Below are positions 9,715-20,059 of a stretch of DNA of 64,000 nucleotides, one piece after another; the stretch's first letter is position 1, and each line of letters starts with the position of its first letter. Under the pieces are notes generated by a model, which made no database searches, was not told the origin of the DNA, and saw nothing but the letters and a program-made list of their open reading frames with translations. The stretch spans positions 59,177 to 123,176 of the forward strand of contig CAMARW010000003.1 of the NCBI GenBank assembly GCA_945860865.1. The letters are read 5' to 3'. The stretch comes from Chitinophaga pinensis. Lineage in GTDB: Bacteria; Bacteroidota; Bacteroidia; UKL13-3. A program made the translations under genes and the position numbers.

Positions 9715-11613
9715 TTAGGGCATAATTTTTATTTCTGTTCGTCGGTTTTGAGCTCTGCCATCTAATGTCTTGTTATCTGCAATAGCCTGCGCATCAGCGT
9801 ATCCTTTGGTAGTTAACCTGTTTGTATCAATACCTGCTGTAACCAAATAAGTTTTTACAGCCAGGGCTCTTTTGGCAGATAAGCTAGTATTTTTAATTTG
9901 GTCGCCAGTATTGTCTGTATGGCCACCTACTTCAATTTTTATTTTTGGGTTTGCCGTTAAAAACTGAACTAATTTATTTAACTCAGCTTTAGATTCTGGT
10001 TTTAAATCAAATTTATCTGAATCGAAGAAGATATTTTTTAGCACCACTTTAGCACCCGCCGTAATAGGTTGAAGAGGAACAGATAGTACAAGTGGTTCTG
10101 TGGCACTTTGGTTTTCCAACGCAAAGTTTTCTGAATAAAACAAATACCCCGCTTGGGCTACATTTAATGCATAATTTTTGTTTCCCTGCAAACAAACTAA
10201 GAATTCGCCAGTTGTTTTATTTGCGTATGATTCTACCACTAATCTCTCTGTGGCTATGTCTATTAACTCTACCTTGGCACTTAATTTCTTTTTGGTTACT
10301 GCATCAAAAACAACTCCTTTGGCATAACCCGTTTTTTTAGGTCTAGCTTCTTCATATAATTCAAAACTATAAATATCTAATCCCCCTTTAGAGTCTGCGC
10401 CGTCTCTGGCCATAAAAGCATCTTTTCCATTAGATGAAATTACTATACAAGTTTCATCTTTTTCACTATTAATGGGAAAACCTAAATTTACTGGTTTTTG
10501 CCATCTGCCTTCGGCATCTCTGCGGGCATAAAACAAATCTATGCCTCCCATTCCGGGATGGCCTTCACTGTTAAAATAAAGTGTTTGGTCGTCTTTGGCA
10601 ATAAATGGAGATTGCTCATCTTTGGGTGTGTTTATTTCTGGTCCGGCATTAACAGGCGGCGTCCATCTGCCATTTTTAAAAGTGGTATACCAAATATCAC
10701 TTTCTCCATATCCTCCTGGTCTATTGCTACTAAAATAGAGCACTTTACCGTCAAAACTTAGGCTCGGCTGACTTTCCCACGAGGCTGTATTTACCGGTGC
10801 GCCTAAATTTATTGGTTCAGACCAACTGCTACCATCTAATTTACTTAAAAACAAATCGCAGCTACCTTTGGCGCCGGGGCGGTTGCAGGCTGTATAGAAA
10901 ATATATTGTCCATCTGCCGAAAGCGAAACAGTACCCTCATTGCGCTCAGTATTTATGGGGTAACCCATGTTTTGCGCTAAAGAGTACTTTCCATCTATCT
11001 TAATACTTTTATAAAATTCTTCATCTCTACCGTTTACTAGTCGGGTAAAAATAAGCACTTGCTCATCTGCTGTAATTCCAGGAAAATATTCATTATCCAT
11101 AGAATTTACCATATTCCCAAGATTTACAGGGTTAAATGAAAATGGTTTTAAAATGGCACTTCGGGCATAGTCTGCATTTTCTTTAACGGTTTTTATTTGA
11201 TCAAGTTTTTGGTAGTAATCTGGAAACGACATAAACTTAGAGGCGTCGTTAAATGCTTCTTCATATTTTCTTTGCATAAAATAGCATCTACTTCTGCCAA
11301 AATAACTCATTGGAAAATCTGGGTTGATCCCAATAATTTTATTATATAATAGGATGGCATCGTCATATTTGTCATTATCTTTTTTCATTTCTGCCATCAT
11401 CATATAGGCATCAATAAAATTGGGATCAAGCGTTGTGGCCTTGCTCAATGAATTTTGTGTACGATCATAATCTTGCATCTGAAAAGTTTTGAGCGCTTCT
11501 CCAAAATGATATTCTGCCTTTTTATTTTTTGTACCGCTAAAAGGCAATTCTTGCCCAAAAGCAAGGCCCAATGAAAGTACTAATGTGAGTGATAGGATGA
11601 CTTTTTGTAACAT
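9715..11613 (-). CDS. OmpA family protein with TPR and PD40 beta-propeller (PorE-like architecture)
   Basis: Signal peptide from ATG 11613, TPRs, PD40 repeats (ESQPSLSFDG, SSNRPGGYG), C-terminal OmpA domain (GHTDNTG, LSAKRA, RAQNRRTE). Confidence 0.88.
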   Translation of the reverse strand: MLQKVILSLTLVLSLGLAFGQELPFSGTKNKKAEYHFGEALKTFQMQDYDRTQNSLSKATTLDPNFIDAYMMMAEMKKDNDKYDDAILLYNKIIGINPDFPMSYFGRSRCYFMQRKYEEAFNDASKFMSFPDYYQKLDQIKTVKENADYARSAILKPFSFNPVNLGNMVNSMDNEYFPGITADEQVLIFTRLVNGRDEEFYKSIKIDGKYSLAQNMGYPINTERNEGTVSLSADGQYIFYTACNRPGAKGSCDLFLSKLDGSSWSEPINLGAPVNTASWESQPSLSFDGKVLYFSSNRPGGYGESDIWYTTFKNGRWTPPVNAGPEINTPKDEQSPFIAKDDQTLYFNSEGHPGMGGIDLFYARRDAEGRWQKPVNLGFPINSEKDETCIVISSNGKDAFMARDGADSKGGLDIYSFELYEEARPKKTGYAKGVVFDAVTKKKLSAKVELIDIATERLVVESYANKTTGEFLVCLQGNKNYALNVAQAGYLFYSENFALENQSATEPLVLSVPLQPITAGAKVVLKNIFFDSDKFDLKPESKAELNKLVQFLTANPKIKIEVGGHTDNTGDQIKNTSLSAKRALAVKTYLVTAGIDTNRLTTKGYADAQAIADNKTLDGRAQNRRTEIKIMP

Positions 11614-11627
11614 GAATGATATAAAAA

Positions 11628-12122
11628 TTAAATAATCGGAGTTCCTTTTGGAGTTTGGTGCCACAGTAATTTACCTGCTCTGTTCTGAACCAATTTCCAA
11701 GTTAATGTGGGCAATTCAACAACAACGATGCCAGAAGTGGGTATATGTTCTAAAAAAGTGGGGGTAAGGTACCCAATTATCCCCGTAATGCTTGGGTTAT
11801 GGCCTACCAACATTATTTGATGATACTGGTCGTCTAACTCTCTTATCACATGCAATAAGTCTGAGATATCAGCTTCATAAATTTGCGTATCTAGTTCAAT
11901 GTTTTTTATTTTCAGGGTTTTAGCAACGATGTTGGCTGTTTGTTTGGTTCTGTGAGCTGGGCTGGCTATGATTTGTTCTGGTTTAAACTTTTCATGGCTT
12001 AACATTTGGGCTACTTGGTATGCATCTTTTTCACCACGCTCTTCTAAATTTCTTTCAAAATCTGATCCTTTTGCATTCCATTTTTCGGCTTTTGCATGCC
12101 GCATGAGTATAAGTTTTTTCAA
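11628..12122 (-). CDS. sixA: SixA-type histidine phosphatase
   Basis: LILMRHAKA, SPAHRTKQTA, LVGHNP. Confidence 0.85.
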   Translation of the reverse strand: MKKLILMRHAKAEKWNAKGSDFERNLEERGEKDAYQVAQMLSHEKFKPEQIIASPAHRTKQTANIVAKTLKIKNIELDTQIYEADISDLLHVIRELDDQYHQIMLVGHNPSITGIIGYLTPTFLEHIPTSGIVVVELPTLTWKLVQNRAGKLLWHQTPKGTPII

Positions 12123-12186
12123 TGTATAATTTTTTTAAAATTAACTTTTATTGCACAAATTACAAGCCTGAAACTTGAAATTTAAT

Positions 12187-13200
12187 TTACCTAGCAAACG
12201 GAGCTGTATTTAAGGTTTCAAAATCACCTTTCAAAAATTTGAGATAAGCAGCCATTGCAATCATAGCGGCATTATCTGTGCAGTATTCAAAAGCGGGAAT
12301 GTAGGTGTTCCAACCTCTTTTTTTGCCTTCATTTTCTAAGGCAAAGCGTAGGCCAGTATTTGCAGATACACCTCCTGCCAAACTTATTTCTTTAATGCCT
12401 GTTTGGATAGACGCTGCAATTAATTTTTTCATCAAATGCTTTATAAATGTATGTTGAATAGAGGCACATAAATTGTTTAACTCTTCGTTTATAAATTGCG
12501 GATTTTCTTTCATTTCTTTCTGTAAAAAATACAAAATTGAAGTCTTTAAACCGCTAAAGCTGTAGTCTAAATTGGGGATATTTGGTTGTGGAAAAGAGTA
12601 TGATTCTGGGTTGCCTAATTTTGCAAATTTGTCAATTAATGGTCCTCCTGGATAAGGAAGTTGCAATAGTTTTGCTGCCTTGTCAAACGCTTCCCCAGCT
12701 GCGTCATCAATGGTTTTTCCAATTATTTCTGAGGTGAAATAATCTGTCATCTTTACAATTTGTGTATGTCCGCCACTCACCGTTAAGCACAAAAATGGAA
12801 AACTTGGTTTAGGATTTTCTATAAAATGGGCCAAAACATGCGCTTCCATATGGTTAATCCCAATTAAAGGAATTTGCAATGATTGCGCTAAGGATTTCGC
12901 AAAAGAGCAACCCACCATTAATGATCCCATTAACCCTGGACCTTTAGTGAAGGCAATAGCACTTAACTGCTGTAGGTTAACACCTGCATTGTTAAGAGCA
13001 ATATCAACCACAGGTACAATATTTTGCTGGTGAGCGCGCCCAGCCAACTCGGGCACCACACCGCCATATTGCTCATGAATTCCTTGCGTAGCAACTTTAT
13101 TGGAGAGTATTATTCCGTTTCTAATAAGTGACGCGGCTGTATCATCACACGACGATTCGATAGCGAGAATTAGAATATCTTTTTGCAAATTTGCCGTCAC
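12187..13200 (-). CDS. tsaD: tRNA N6-adenosine threonylcarbamoyltransferase
   Basis: ILAIESSCDDT, GGVVPELA, HMEAH, SGGHT, DDAAGEAFDK, DNAAMIA. Confidence 0.97.
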   Translation of the reverse strand: MTANLQKDILILAIESSCDDTAASLIRNGIILSNKVATQGIHEQYGGVVPELAGRAHQQNIVPVVDIALNNAGVNLQQLSAIAFTKGPGLMGSLMVGCSFAKSLAQSLQIPLIGINHMEAHVLAHFIENPKPSFPFLCLTVSGGHTQIVKMTDYFTSEIIGKTIDDAAGEAFDKAAKLLQLPYPGGPLIDKFAKLGNPESYSFPQPNIPNLDYSFSGLKTSILYFLQKEMKENPQFINEELNNLCASIQHTFIKHLMKKLIAASIQTGIKEISLAGGVSANTGLRFALENEGKKRGWNTYIPAFEYCTDNAAMIAMAAYLKFLKGDFETLNTAPFAR

Positions 13201-13224
13201 AATTATAATTGTTTATCTTTTCCG

Positions 13225-13232
13225 CAAAACTA
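13225..13232 (-). promoter_or_regulatory. Bacteroidota sigmaA -7 element (TAGTTTTG) for tsaD
   Basis: Matches TAnnTTTG about 25 nt upstream of the tsaD start. Confidence 0.5.
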
Positions 13233-13234
13233 CG

Positions 13235-16200
13235 TTGCTAAAGAAGTTTATCAAAATATCTTATATTTTATTTGTGGGCCTCCTGGGTTTACTAATGCTT
13301 CTGTACCTTCTGCTGAACACTAATAGGGTTCAAAATTATGCAGCCAAAAGCCTCACAACGTGGCTAAATAGTAGTTTTAATACGCAAATTAGTATAGGTG
13401 AAATTAGGTATGATGGTTGGACTTATTTTAGCTTAAGAAATGTTAATTTTGGCGACCAAAAGGGTGATACTACCTTTTATGCTGGCCGCATTCAATTTAA
13501 TTTGATGGGTTTAGATATTGATTCAAGCCATTTTATTCTAAATGATTTGGTATTAGATGAAGGTCTTTGTAAAATAACCACCTACAAAGACGGCACCTAT
13601 AGTTTTGATGTTATTAATCTGTTTTCAGACCCCAATGATACCATTGTTAATCCCAATCCAATTCCTTTTGTGTTAGAGTTTAGAAATTTAGAGTGCATGG
13701 ATACAAGGTTTATGTACATAGATTCTACAGAAAAGTTCTCTGGTGAGGGCTTTGATCAAAACAGAATAGATTTTCACCAAATTAACTTTAGATCTAAACG
13801 CTTTCAAATTATAGACGATTCTTTGGCATTTGACTTACGAAATATGAATTGTAAAGAGCGCTCTGGATTTGAAATTACCCGATTAAACGCATTTGCAATT
13901 ATTGCTCCTAGCAAAATTGAATTAAATAAAATGGATCTGGTAACGCCCTATAGCCATATTAAAAACTACCTTAGTTTAAATACAAAAAGTTATGCCGATT
14001 ATGGCAAATTTATAGATAAAGTTTCTCTTTCTATCCGTTTAAACCAATCTGAAGTAGACATGAAAGACATTGTCTATTTTGTTCCTTCCTTTAAAAACTA
14101 TCGCTATAAAGCGCAGGTAAGTGGGGAAGGTAAAGGACCGATAAGTAATTTGAAAATTAAAAATGTTGTAGCCAACATGGGCAATAACACCAAGTTTGTG
14201 GGAGATATTGGTTTTAGGGGATTGCCTAATATAGGTGAAACATTCATGGATTTTAAAGTTGAGTATGCCTCCACCGTTTCACAAGAGCTTGGGCAAATAA
14301 TTGACATGCAATTACCCGCAGAAATGGCCAAGCTAGGAAAAATGGTTTACAAAGGAAATTTTACAGGATTTTATGAAGATTTTGTAACTTACGGTGTGGT
14401 AGAAACCCCTTTTGGTTCGGCTCAAACCGATTTAAATATGAAGTTAAATAAGGTAACCCAATTAAGTGAATACTCGGGTAATTTAAAATTAAATTACTTT
14501 CAATTGGGCGATTACCTTAAAAACAAACAATTGGGTGTGATAGATTTAGAGGCAAAAGTAAAAGGAAAAGGATTTAATTTAGATGTTATAGAAACCCAAT
14601 TTGAGACTCAAATTAATGCGTTAAATTATAATGGGTATACTTACCATGATGTTGATTTTAAAGGGTCGGTAATTAAAAAAGATTTGGTGTCTAATGTTAC
14701 TGTTAATGATACTAACTTGCAATTAAATGCAGCTGTTGAGGTAGATTTAGCAAACGTTTTTAAACACATAATATTAGATGGAAACCTTGATTATGCAAAT
14801 CTTAAAAAACTTGGTTTTAGTAAAAATGATATCTTGTTGAGTAGTCATTTTAATGCCAATTATTTCTTCAAAGATTTAAACGAACATAAAGGAACCGTTA
14901 ACATAGACGATTTTCAATATGATAAAAATGGATACACCTACAGAATAAACCAAGTTGGCCTAGAGACAGATAATGAAGGTGGGGTAGAAACCATTTTGGT
15001 TAACAGTGATTTTATGAAAGCCAAAATATGGGGCGAATTTGATTTTACCCACTTAATTGATCAGCTTAAATATTGGACATTAAACTTAGGTCAATCTTAT
15101 TTTCAGGTGCAAAAGCCAAAACAAGATTTTCAATTATTTGAATTTGATGTGCACATATTAAGCACTGCCAATATTTCTCCATTGTTGTTTCCAGGTATAA
15201 ATTTAAGCAATATTGATTTAGAAGGGAAAGTTAGCAGCAGAGAGAGTAAGTATGAGGTTTTAGGTTATGTTGGTATGCTTAATTTTCATGGGTGGCTCTT
15301 AAATCAAACTACTTTTAAAATAACAGAAGAGGAAACAATAAAAGGAAGCCTTTTATTGGGATTTAAAAGTTTTGGTAAACAAGACACCATGCTCATTGGC
15401 GATTTTGCCTTAAAGGCAGAGGCAAAGCCCAATCAATTAGATTTGCAATACCAAGTGCAGGATAGCCTAAGCTTTATTTCGGGTAAGGTAGCGCACAAAA
15501 TTATGTTTAACCATAGCGGCTTATGGTTAGATTTTGCGCCTTCTTGGCTTAAATCTGGAAGTGCTAAATGGGATATTTTACCCGGCAAAACGGTTTTCTT
15601 AAATCCAAATAAACTTGATTTTGATAGCCTTTCTCTTAAAAATGATAAACAGCTCATTCAAGTGGATGGTTTTTTTGATTTTGCTGGTAATGAAAAAAAT
15701 ATAAGCGCTAAAATTACACAGTTAAATTTAAATACTATTAATCAATTTGATAGAAATTTTGGTGTAAACTTTGACGGTACGGCTGATGGTTATATGGTTT
15801 ACAAAAATATGGGTAAACGAGATGTAATAATTGGAAATTTAAACGCCAAAGATTTGTGCTTGGATAAGGATACTTTGGGCGATTTTTTATTGAATATTGG
15901 TTACAGGGAATATCAGGAAGATTTGCTAATAGACTTTGTTTCAAACAAAGGAAAGCTTAAGAACTTAAAGGGTGTTGGCGCATATGATATTGCTAAAAGA
16001 TACCTTGATTTTAATATAGACTTTGCAGATTCTAAGATAACAGCTTTCCAGGCATTTGTGAAAGATTATGTTAAACTTTATGAGGGTAATGCCCGTTTAA
16101 ACGCTAAAATATCGGGTCCAATTAATAAACTAAGATTAGATGGACAGTTAATTTTAGATGGCATATCAATGAAGGTAGATTACTTACAAACCAATTATAA

Positions 16201-17590
16201 AATTGATAGAGCTAGGATAAACCTTAACGATAATTTGGTTCAGCTTGTGCCTTTTAAAATACAAGATGCTTTGGGTAAAACTGCCGATGTAAGTGGGCAA
16301 ATATTGCATAATAATTTCTCCGATTTAAAATACAATATCAATGTAGAAAATTTAAAATCGTTTCAGGTGCTGCAAACCAATCAAAAAGATAACGAGTTGT
16401 TTTATGGAAGCGGATTTGTTAGCGGTAAGTTTAGCATGAAAGGAACCAGCAAAGACTTGTCTATGTACATTGATGCCAGAAGCGAAAAAGGTACTAAAAT
16501 AATGATTAATCCTTTTGGGGTAAGTAACGAAACGGGCGAAGATTACATCAACTTTGTTTCCCGGGATACAGTTGCAACTTACAGCAGCAAAGGCAGGGGA
16601 GTGGCTTTTGGTATTGGTGTTTTTATGAAATTAGATGTGAATCCAAGTGCAGAAGTTCAACTTGTTTTTGATGCTAAATCAGACGACAGAATTAAAGCAA
16701 TAGGTTCAGGCAAATTAGCTTTAGATTACCTGCCAAATGGTAACTTTACTATGGATGGAACCTATATATTACAAGAAGGTGAATACCGGTTTAGTGCTTT
16801 AAATGTGGTGGCTAAAAAGTTTGATTTAAAATCGGGTAGTCAGATTAAATGGAGCGGCGACCCACTAAAGGGAAGATTGGATATTCAGGGGATTTACCGA
16901 CTCAAAACCAGCGTGAGTGAAATTGTAAATATGAGCAAAGCGCCCGATCCAAACGTGCGTCTTCCGGTTGAATGTATTATTAATATAAAGGGTTTGGTGG
17001 AAAAGCCAGAATTTGTTTTTGATTTGAGTTTTCCTGATTTACAGAATAATTTAACGGGTACTGCAGCATCAGAATTAAATGCGGTAGTTTCTAATTTTAG
17101 AAGAGAGCCAGAGATGATGAACCAACAAATGTTATTTCTATTAATTTCAGGCAGTTTTGTGCCTATAACCAACAATAATAATAGTTTAAGTAATACCGTT
17201 GGATCGCAAACAGTATCCGATTTGTTAAGTAAACAAGCTGCCGGTTTGTTGGGCAAAGCAGTGCCTAATATTGATTTAAGCGTTAACTTGCTAAATGCCT
17301 CAGACCCCACCAGAAGTAGAACCGTTTTGCTTTCTGCCTCTAAAAAGTTTTTAGATAATAGGCTGGAAGTGCAAACTAGTTATGCCATGGATCAAACCCA
17401 AACCAATTTTTCTGCTAATTATAGCATCAAGAAAAATGGAAATACTAAAGTGAACTTTTTTAATAAAAGTGGTTTTGATGCCTTATATAATCGAAATGTA
17501 ACAACCTCGGGTTCGGGTTTGTTCTATAGAAAAGAATTTAATAGCTTCCCCGAATTATTTAAAAAACAAACTCCAACAACAAGCGAATAA
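13235..17590 (+). CDS. tamB: Translocation and assembly module TamB (DUF490/AsmA-like)
   Basis: N-terminal TM anchor, long beta-taenia-like body, C-terminal DUF490 (IKWSGDP, MNQQMLFLLISGSF, GLFYRKEFN); divergent from tsaD. TTG at 13235 is the likely start. Confidence 0.88.
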   Translation: MLKKFIKISYILFVGLLGLLMLLYLLLNTNRVQNYAAKSLTTWLNSSFNTQISIGEIRYDGWTYFSLRNVNFGDQKGDTTFYAGRIQFNLMGLDIDSSHFILNDLVLDEGLCKITTYKDGTYSFDVINLFSDPNDTIVNPNPIPFVLEFRNLECMDTRFMYIDSTEKFSGEGFDQNRIDFHQINFRSKRFQIIDDSLAFDLRNMNCKERSGFEITRLNAFAIIAPSKIELNKMDLVTPYSHIKNYLSLNTKSYADYGKFIDKVSLSIRLNQSEVDMKDIVYFVPSFKNYRYKAQVSGEGKGPISNLKIKNVVANMGNNTKFVGDIGFRGLPNIGETFMDFKVEYASTVSQELGQIIDMQLPAEMAKLGKMVYKGNFTGFYEDFVTYGVVETPFGSAQTDLNMKLNKVTQLSEYSGNLKLNYFQLGDYLKNKQLGVIDLEAKVKGKGFNLDVIETQFETQINALNYNGYTYHDVDFKGSVIKKDLVSNVTVNDTNLQLNAAVEVDLANVFKHIILDGNLDYANLKKLGFSKNDILLSSHFNANYFFKDLNEHKGTVNIDDFQYDKNGYTYRINQVGLETDNEGGVETILVNSDFMKAKIWGEFDFTHLIDQLKYWTLNLGQSYFQVQKPKQDFQLFEFDVHILSTANISPLLFPGINLSNIDLEGKVSSRESKYEVLGYVGMLNFHGWLLNQTTFKITEEETIKGSLLLGFKSFGKQDTMLIGDFALKAEAKPNQLDLQYQVQDSLSFISGKVAHKIMFNHSGLWLDFAPSWLKSGSAKWDILPGKTVFLNPNKLDFDSLSLKNDKQLIQVDGFFDFAGNEKNISAKITQLNLNTINQFDRNFGVNFDGTADGYMVYKNMGKRDVIIGNLNAKDLCLDKDTLGDFLLNIGYREYQEDLLIDFVSNKGKLKNLKGVGAYDIAKRYLDFNIDFADSKITAFQAFVKDYVKLYEGNARLNAKISGPINKLRLDGQLILDGISMKVDYLQTNYKIDRARINLNDNLVQLVPFKIQDALGKTADVSGQILHNNFSDLKYNINVENLKSFQVLQTNQKDNELFYGSGFVSGKFSMKGTSKDLSMYIDARSEKGTKIMINPFGVSNETGEDYINFVSRDTVATYSSKGRGVAFGIGVFMKLDVNPSAEVQLVFDAKSDDRIKAIGSGKLALDYLPNGNFTMDGTYILQEGEYRFSALNVVAKKFDLKSGSQIKWSGDPLKGRLDIQGIYRLKTSVSEIVNMSKAPDPNVRLPVECIINIKGLVEKPEFVFDLSFPDLQNNLTGTAASELNAVVSNFRREPEMMNQQMLFLLISGSFVPITNNNNSLSNTVGSQTVSDLLSKQAAGLLGKAVPNIDLSVNLLNASDPTRSRTVLLSASKKFLDNRLEVQTSYAMDQTQTNFSANYSIKKNGNTKVNFFNKSGFDALYNRNVTTSGSGLFYRKEFNSFPELFKKQTPTTSE

Positions 17591-17600
17591 TTTTCACATT

Positions 17601-18539
17601 ATGATACCTTCAATAGATTTAAATGATTTTTTAAGTGGTGATCCAATTAAAAAAAACAACTTCGTGCAAGCTTTGGGTCAGGCCTACCAAGAAATAGGTT
17701 TTGTAGCACTCAAAGGTCATTTACTAGAGGCATCTGTAAGCGAAAAATTATATGCAGAATGTCAGGCTTTTTTTGCCTTGCCCGAACCTACTAAGAAGAA
17801 TTATGAAGTGCCTGGATTAGCTGGTCAGCGCGGCTATACAAGTTTTGGTAAAGAACACGCAAAGGGTAGAAACGAAGGCGATTTAAAAGAGTTTTGGCAT
17901 TTTGGCCAAGCCATAGAACACGGCGAAGAATTAGCCGAAGAGTATCCAGAAAATGTAAGTGTGGCAGAGCTTCCAGAATTTAATAAAAATGGCTTGTTGG
18001 CTTATCAACAATTAGAAGAAACAGGAAAATATATGTTGCGTGCCATTGCTTTGTTTTTGCATTTAGATGAGTTTTATTTCGACGAAAAAATTTACAAGGG
18101 CAATAGTATTTTGCGCCCCATTCATTATCCTCCAATTACGGCTGAACCTAAATCTGCGGTGCGCGCTGCCGAGCATGAAGACATTAATTTAATAACCCTA
18201 TTAATGGGCGCAAGTGCCGATGGATTGCAAGTTTTAAACAAGCAAAATGAATGGGTTTCTATCACTGCTTTGCCCGAACAATTGGTAGTTAATGTAGGCG
18301 ATATGTTGCAGCGTTTAACCAATAATGTGCTAAAAAGCACCACACATAGAGTGGTTAATCCGCCAAGAGATAAATGGGGTAGCAGCAGGTTTTCTATTCC
18401 TTTCTTTTTGCACCCTAGAAGTGAAATGCGTTTAGATGCCTTGCCGCAATGTATTAGTGAAGCCAATCCAGTTAAAGAAGAACCTATTTCGGCAGGTGAG
18501 TATTTAACCCAAAGATTAAAAGAAATTGGGCTTAAATAA
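17601..18539 (+). CDS. 2OG-Fe(II) oxygenase, isopenicillin N synthase family
   Basis: IPSIDL, GQRGY, LRPIHYPP, HEDINLITLL (HxD), NVGDMLQRLTN, STTHRVVNP, RFSIPFF. Confidence 0.92.
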   Translation: MIPSIDLNDFLSGDPIKKNNFVQALGQAYQEIGFVALKGHLLEASVSEKLYAECQAFFALPEPTKKNYEVPGLAGQRGYTSFGKEHAKGRNEGDLKEFWHFGQAIEHGEELAEEYPENVSVAELPEFNKNGLLAYQQLEETGKYMLRAIALFLHLDEFYFDEKIYKGNSILRPIHYPPITAEPKSAVRAAEHEDINLITLLMGASADGLQVLNKQNEWVSITALPEQLVVNVGDMLQRLTNNVLKSTTHRVVNPPRDKWGSSRFSIPFFLHPRSEMRLDALPQCISEANPVKEEPISAGEYLTQRLKEIGLK

Positions 18540-18548
18540 GATTTTAGC

Positions 18549-19994
18549 TTGAACCGATTTATTAATTTTATACACGTTTTTTTCTTCTTTGTTTTCGGAT
18601 TAGTTTCTGTTCTTAATCACTATTATTTTAGGTCTGCGGGATTGGATTATGGTATTGCCAATCAAGCTTTATACCAATATGCGCATTTAAAAGAAGCCAA
18701 TATAACCCAACTTTTGCCAGGTATTACAATGCCTTATTTTGCCTTACATGTTAGCTTGTGGGCGCTTTTGGTGAGTCCGTTTTATTATGTATTTGGTTCA
18801 TATACCTTGCTTATTTTCCAAAATTTAGCGCTCGTTTTTGCTGGGGTTGGAATAGTAAAATTAGCTAAAGATGCAGGCATTAAAGACAGTTTTATGCCTT
18901 GGATTTTGGTGCAATTTTATGCAGGCTTTTCTCTATACGCGGCATTGGCATTTGATTACCATGACAATGTTATAGGTGCTTGTTTTATTCCTTGGGTTTG
19001 GTATTATTTTTTAAAAAATAAACAAGCACTGGCGCTGCTATGCTTTGTAGCCATATTAATTTCTAAAGAGAATTTAGCCATTTTTGCTGCGTTTTTTTCT
19101 TTGGCTATGTGGGTTTATGCCTATAGGCTGAACCAAAACTTAAAGCCCTTTGCTGCCTTTCTTTTTCTCCTTTCGGTAGGGTGGTTTTTGCTTGTTTCAT
19201 TGGTAATAATGCCAAGTTTAAATCCCCTTCAAAAGTTTGAACAATTGAATAGGTATTCTTACATGGGAGGCAGTTTAACCGAAATTGTTGGGTATATCAT
19301 TCGCCATCCGCTGCGCATGGTTGAGCTGTTATATAAAAGTCAGATACAGCCCGATCCACTCGAGGTGGTAAAGCAAGAGTTTCTGTTTGTAACCCTATTA
19401 TCTGGCGGAATTTTTCTATTGTTTAAGCCACAATTTTTGTGGTTAGCCTTGCCCATTTTTATGCAAAAATTATGGAATAAAGAACTCGCATTTTGGGGTA
19501 TTTCGTATCATTACCAAATAGAGTTGGCTCCTCTTATTAGCCTGGCCATAATTGCCTTTGTAAGCAGAATAAAATCTGCAAAAATGCAAGGTCTATTGTT
19601 GGCGGTAACTTGCCTGTTAACTGCCTTTACCACCTATTTATTTATGTATGAACGCAAAGCCGATTTTCAACCCATACGCGAGAATTTGTTTCTAGCAGAG
19701 CGCTACCAAGCACCATTTAACATAAGCAAAGTAAAAGCTAAAATAAACGAAATACCAAGTAATGAAGTTGTTTGCGCCCAGAGCAATATTATGCCGCATG
19801 TGGCCAATAGAGATAGTCTGTACCATTTTCCATTTATAAAAGATGCCAGCATTATTTTGGTATTTCAACCCCAATTAAATGCCTATCCACTTTCCCCAGA
19901 AAAAGCCATTCACCTATTAGATTCCATCAGAACATGTGGGTTTTGGCAGGAAGATAGTTCGGGTTTTCCTTTAAGAGTATTTGTTAGAAAGTAG
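18549..19994 (+). CDS. DUF2079 membrane protein (GT-C-like glycosyltransferase)
   Basis: LDYGIANQALY, FALHVS, FDYHD, ISKEN, YHYQ; multiple TM helices. Confidence 0.78.
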   Translation: MNRFINFIHVFFFFVFGLVSVLNHYYFRSAGLDYGIANQALYQYAHLKEANITQLLPGITMPYFALHVSLWALLVSPFYYVFGSYTLLIFQNLALVFAGVGIVKLAKDAGIKDSFMPWILVQFYAGFSLYAALAFDYHDNVIGACFIPWVWYYFLKNKQALALLCFVAILISKENLAIFAAFFSLAMWVYAYRLNQNLKPFAAFLFLLSVGWFLLVSLVIMPSLNPLQKFEQLNRYSYMGGSLTEIVGYIIRHPLRMVELLYKSQIQPDPLEVVKQEFLFVTLLSGGIFLLFKPQFLWLALPIFMQKLWNKELAFWGISYHYQIELAPLISLAIIAFVSRIKSAKMQGLLLAVTCLLTAFTTYLFMYERKADFQPIRENLFLAERYQAPFNISKVKAKINEIPSNEVVCAQSNIMPHVANRDSLYHFPFIKDASIILVFQPQLNAYPLSPEKAIHLLDSIRTCGFWQEDSSGFPLRVFVRK

Positions 19995-20059
19995 AATTTT
20001 TGAAATAAATTTGAACTTCGCCTTAATAGATTAATCCCCAAAAATCGTACTCAGAAATC

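Noticed and set aside
13100-13234. N-terminal extension of TamB overlapping tsaD
   Set aside because: Arises from an upstream TTG inside tsaD; the TM anchor position supports a start near 13235.
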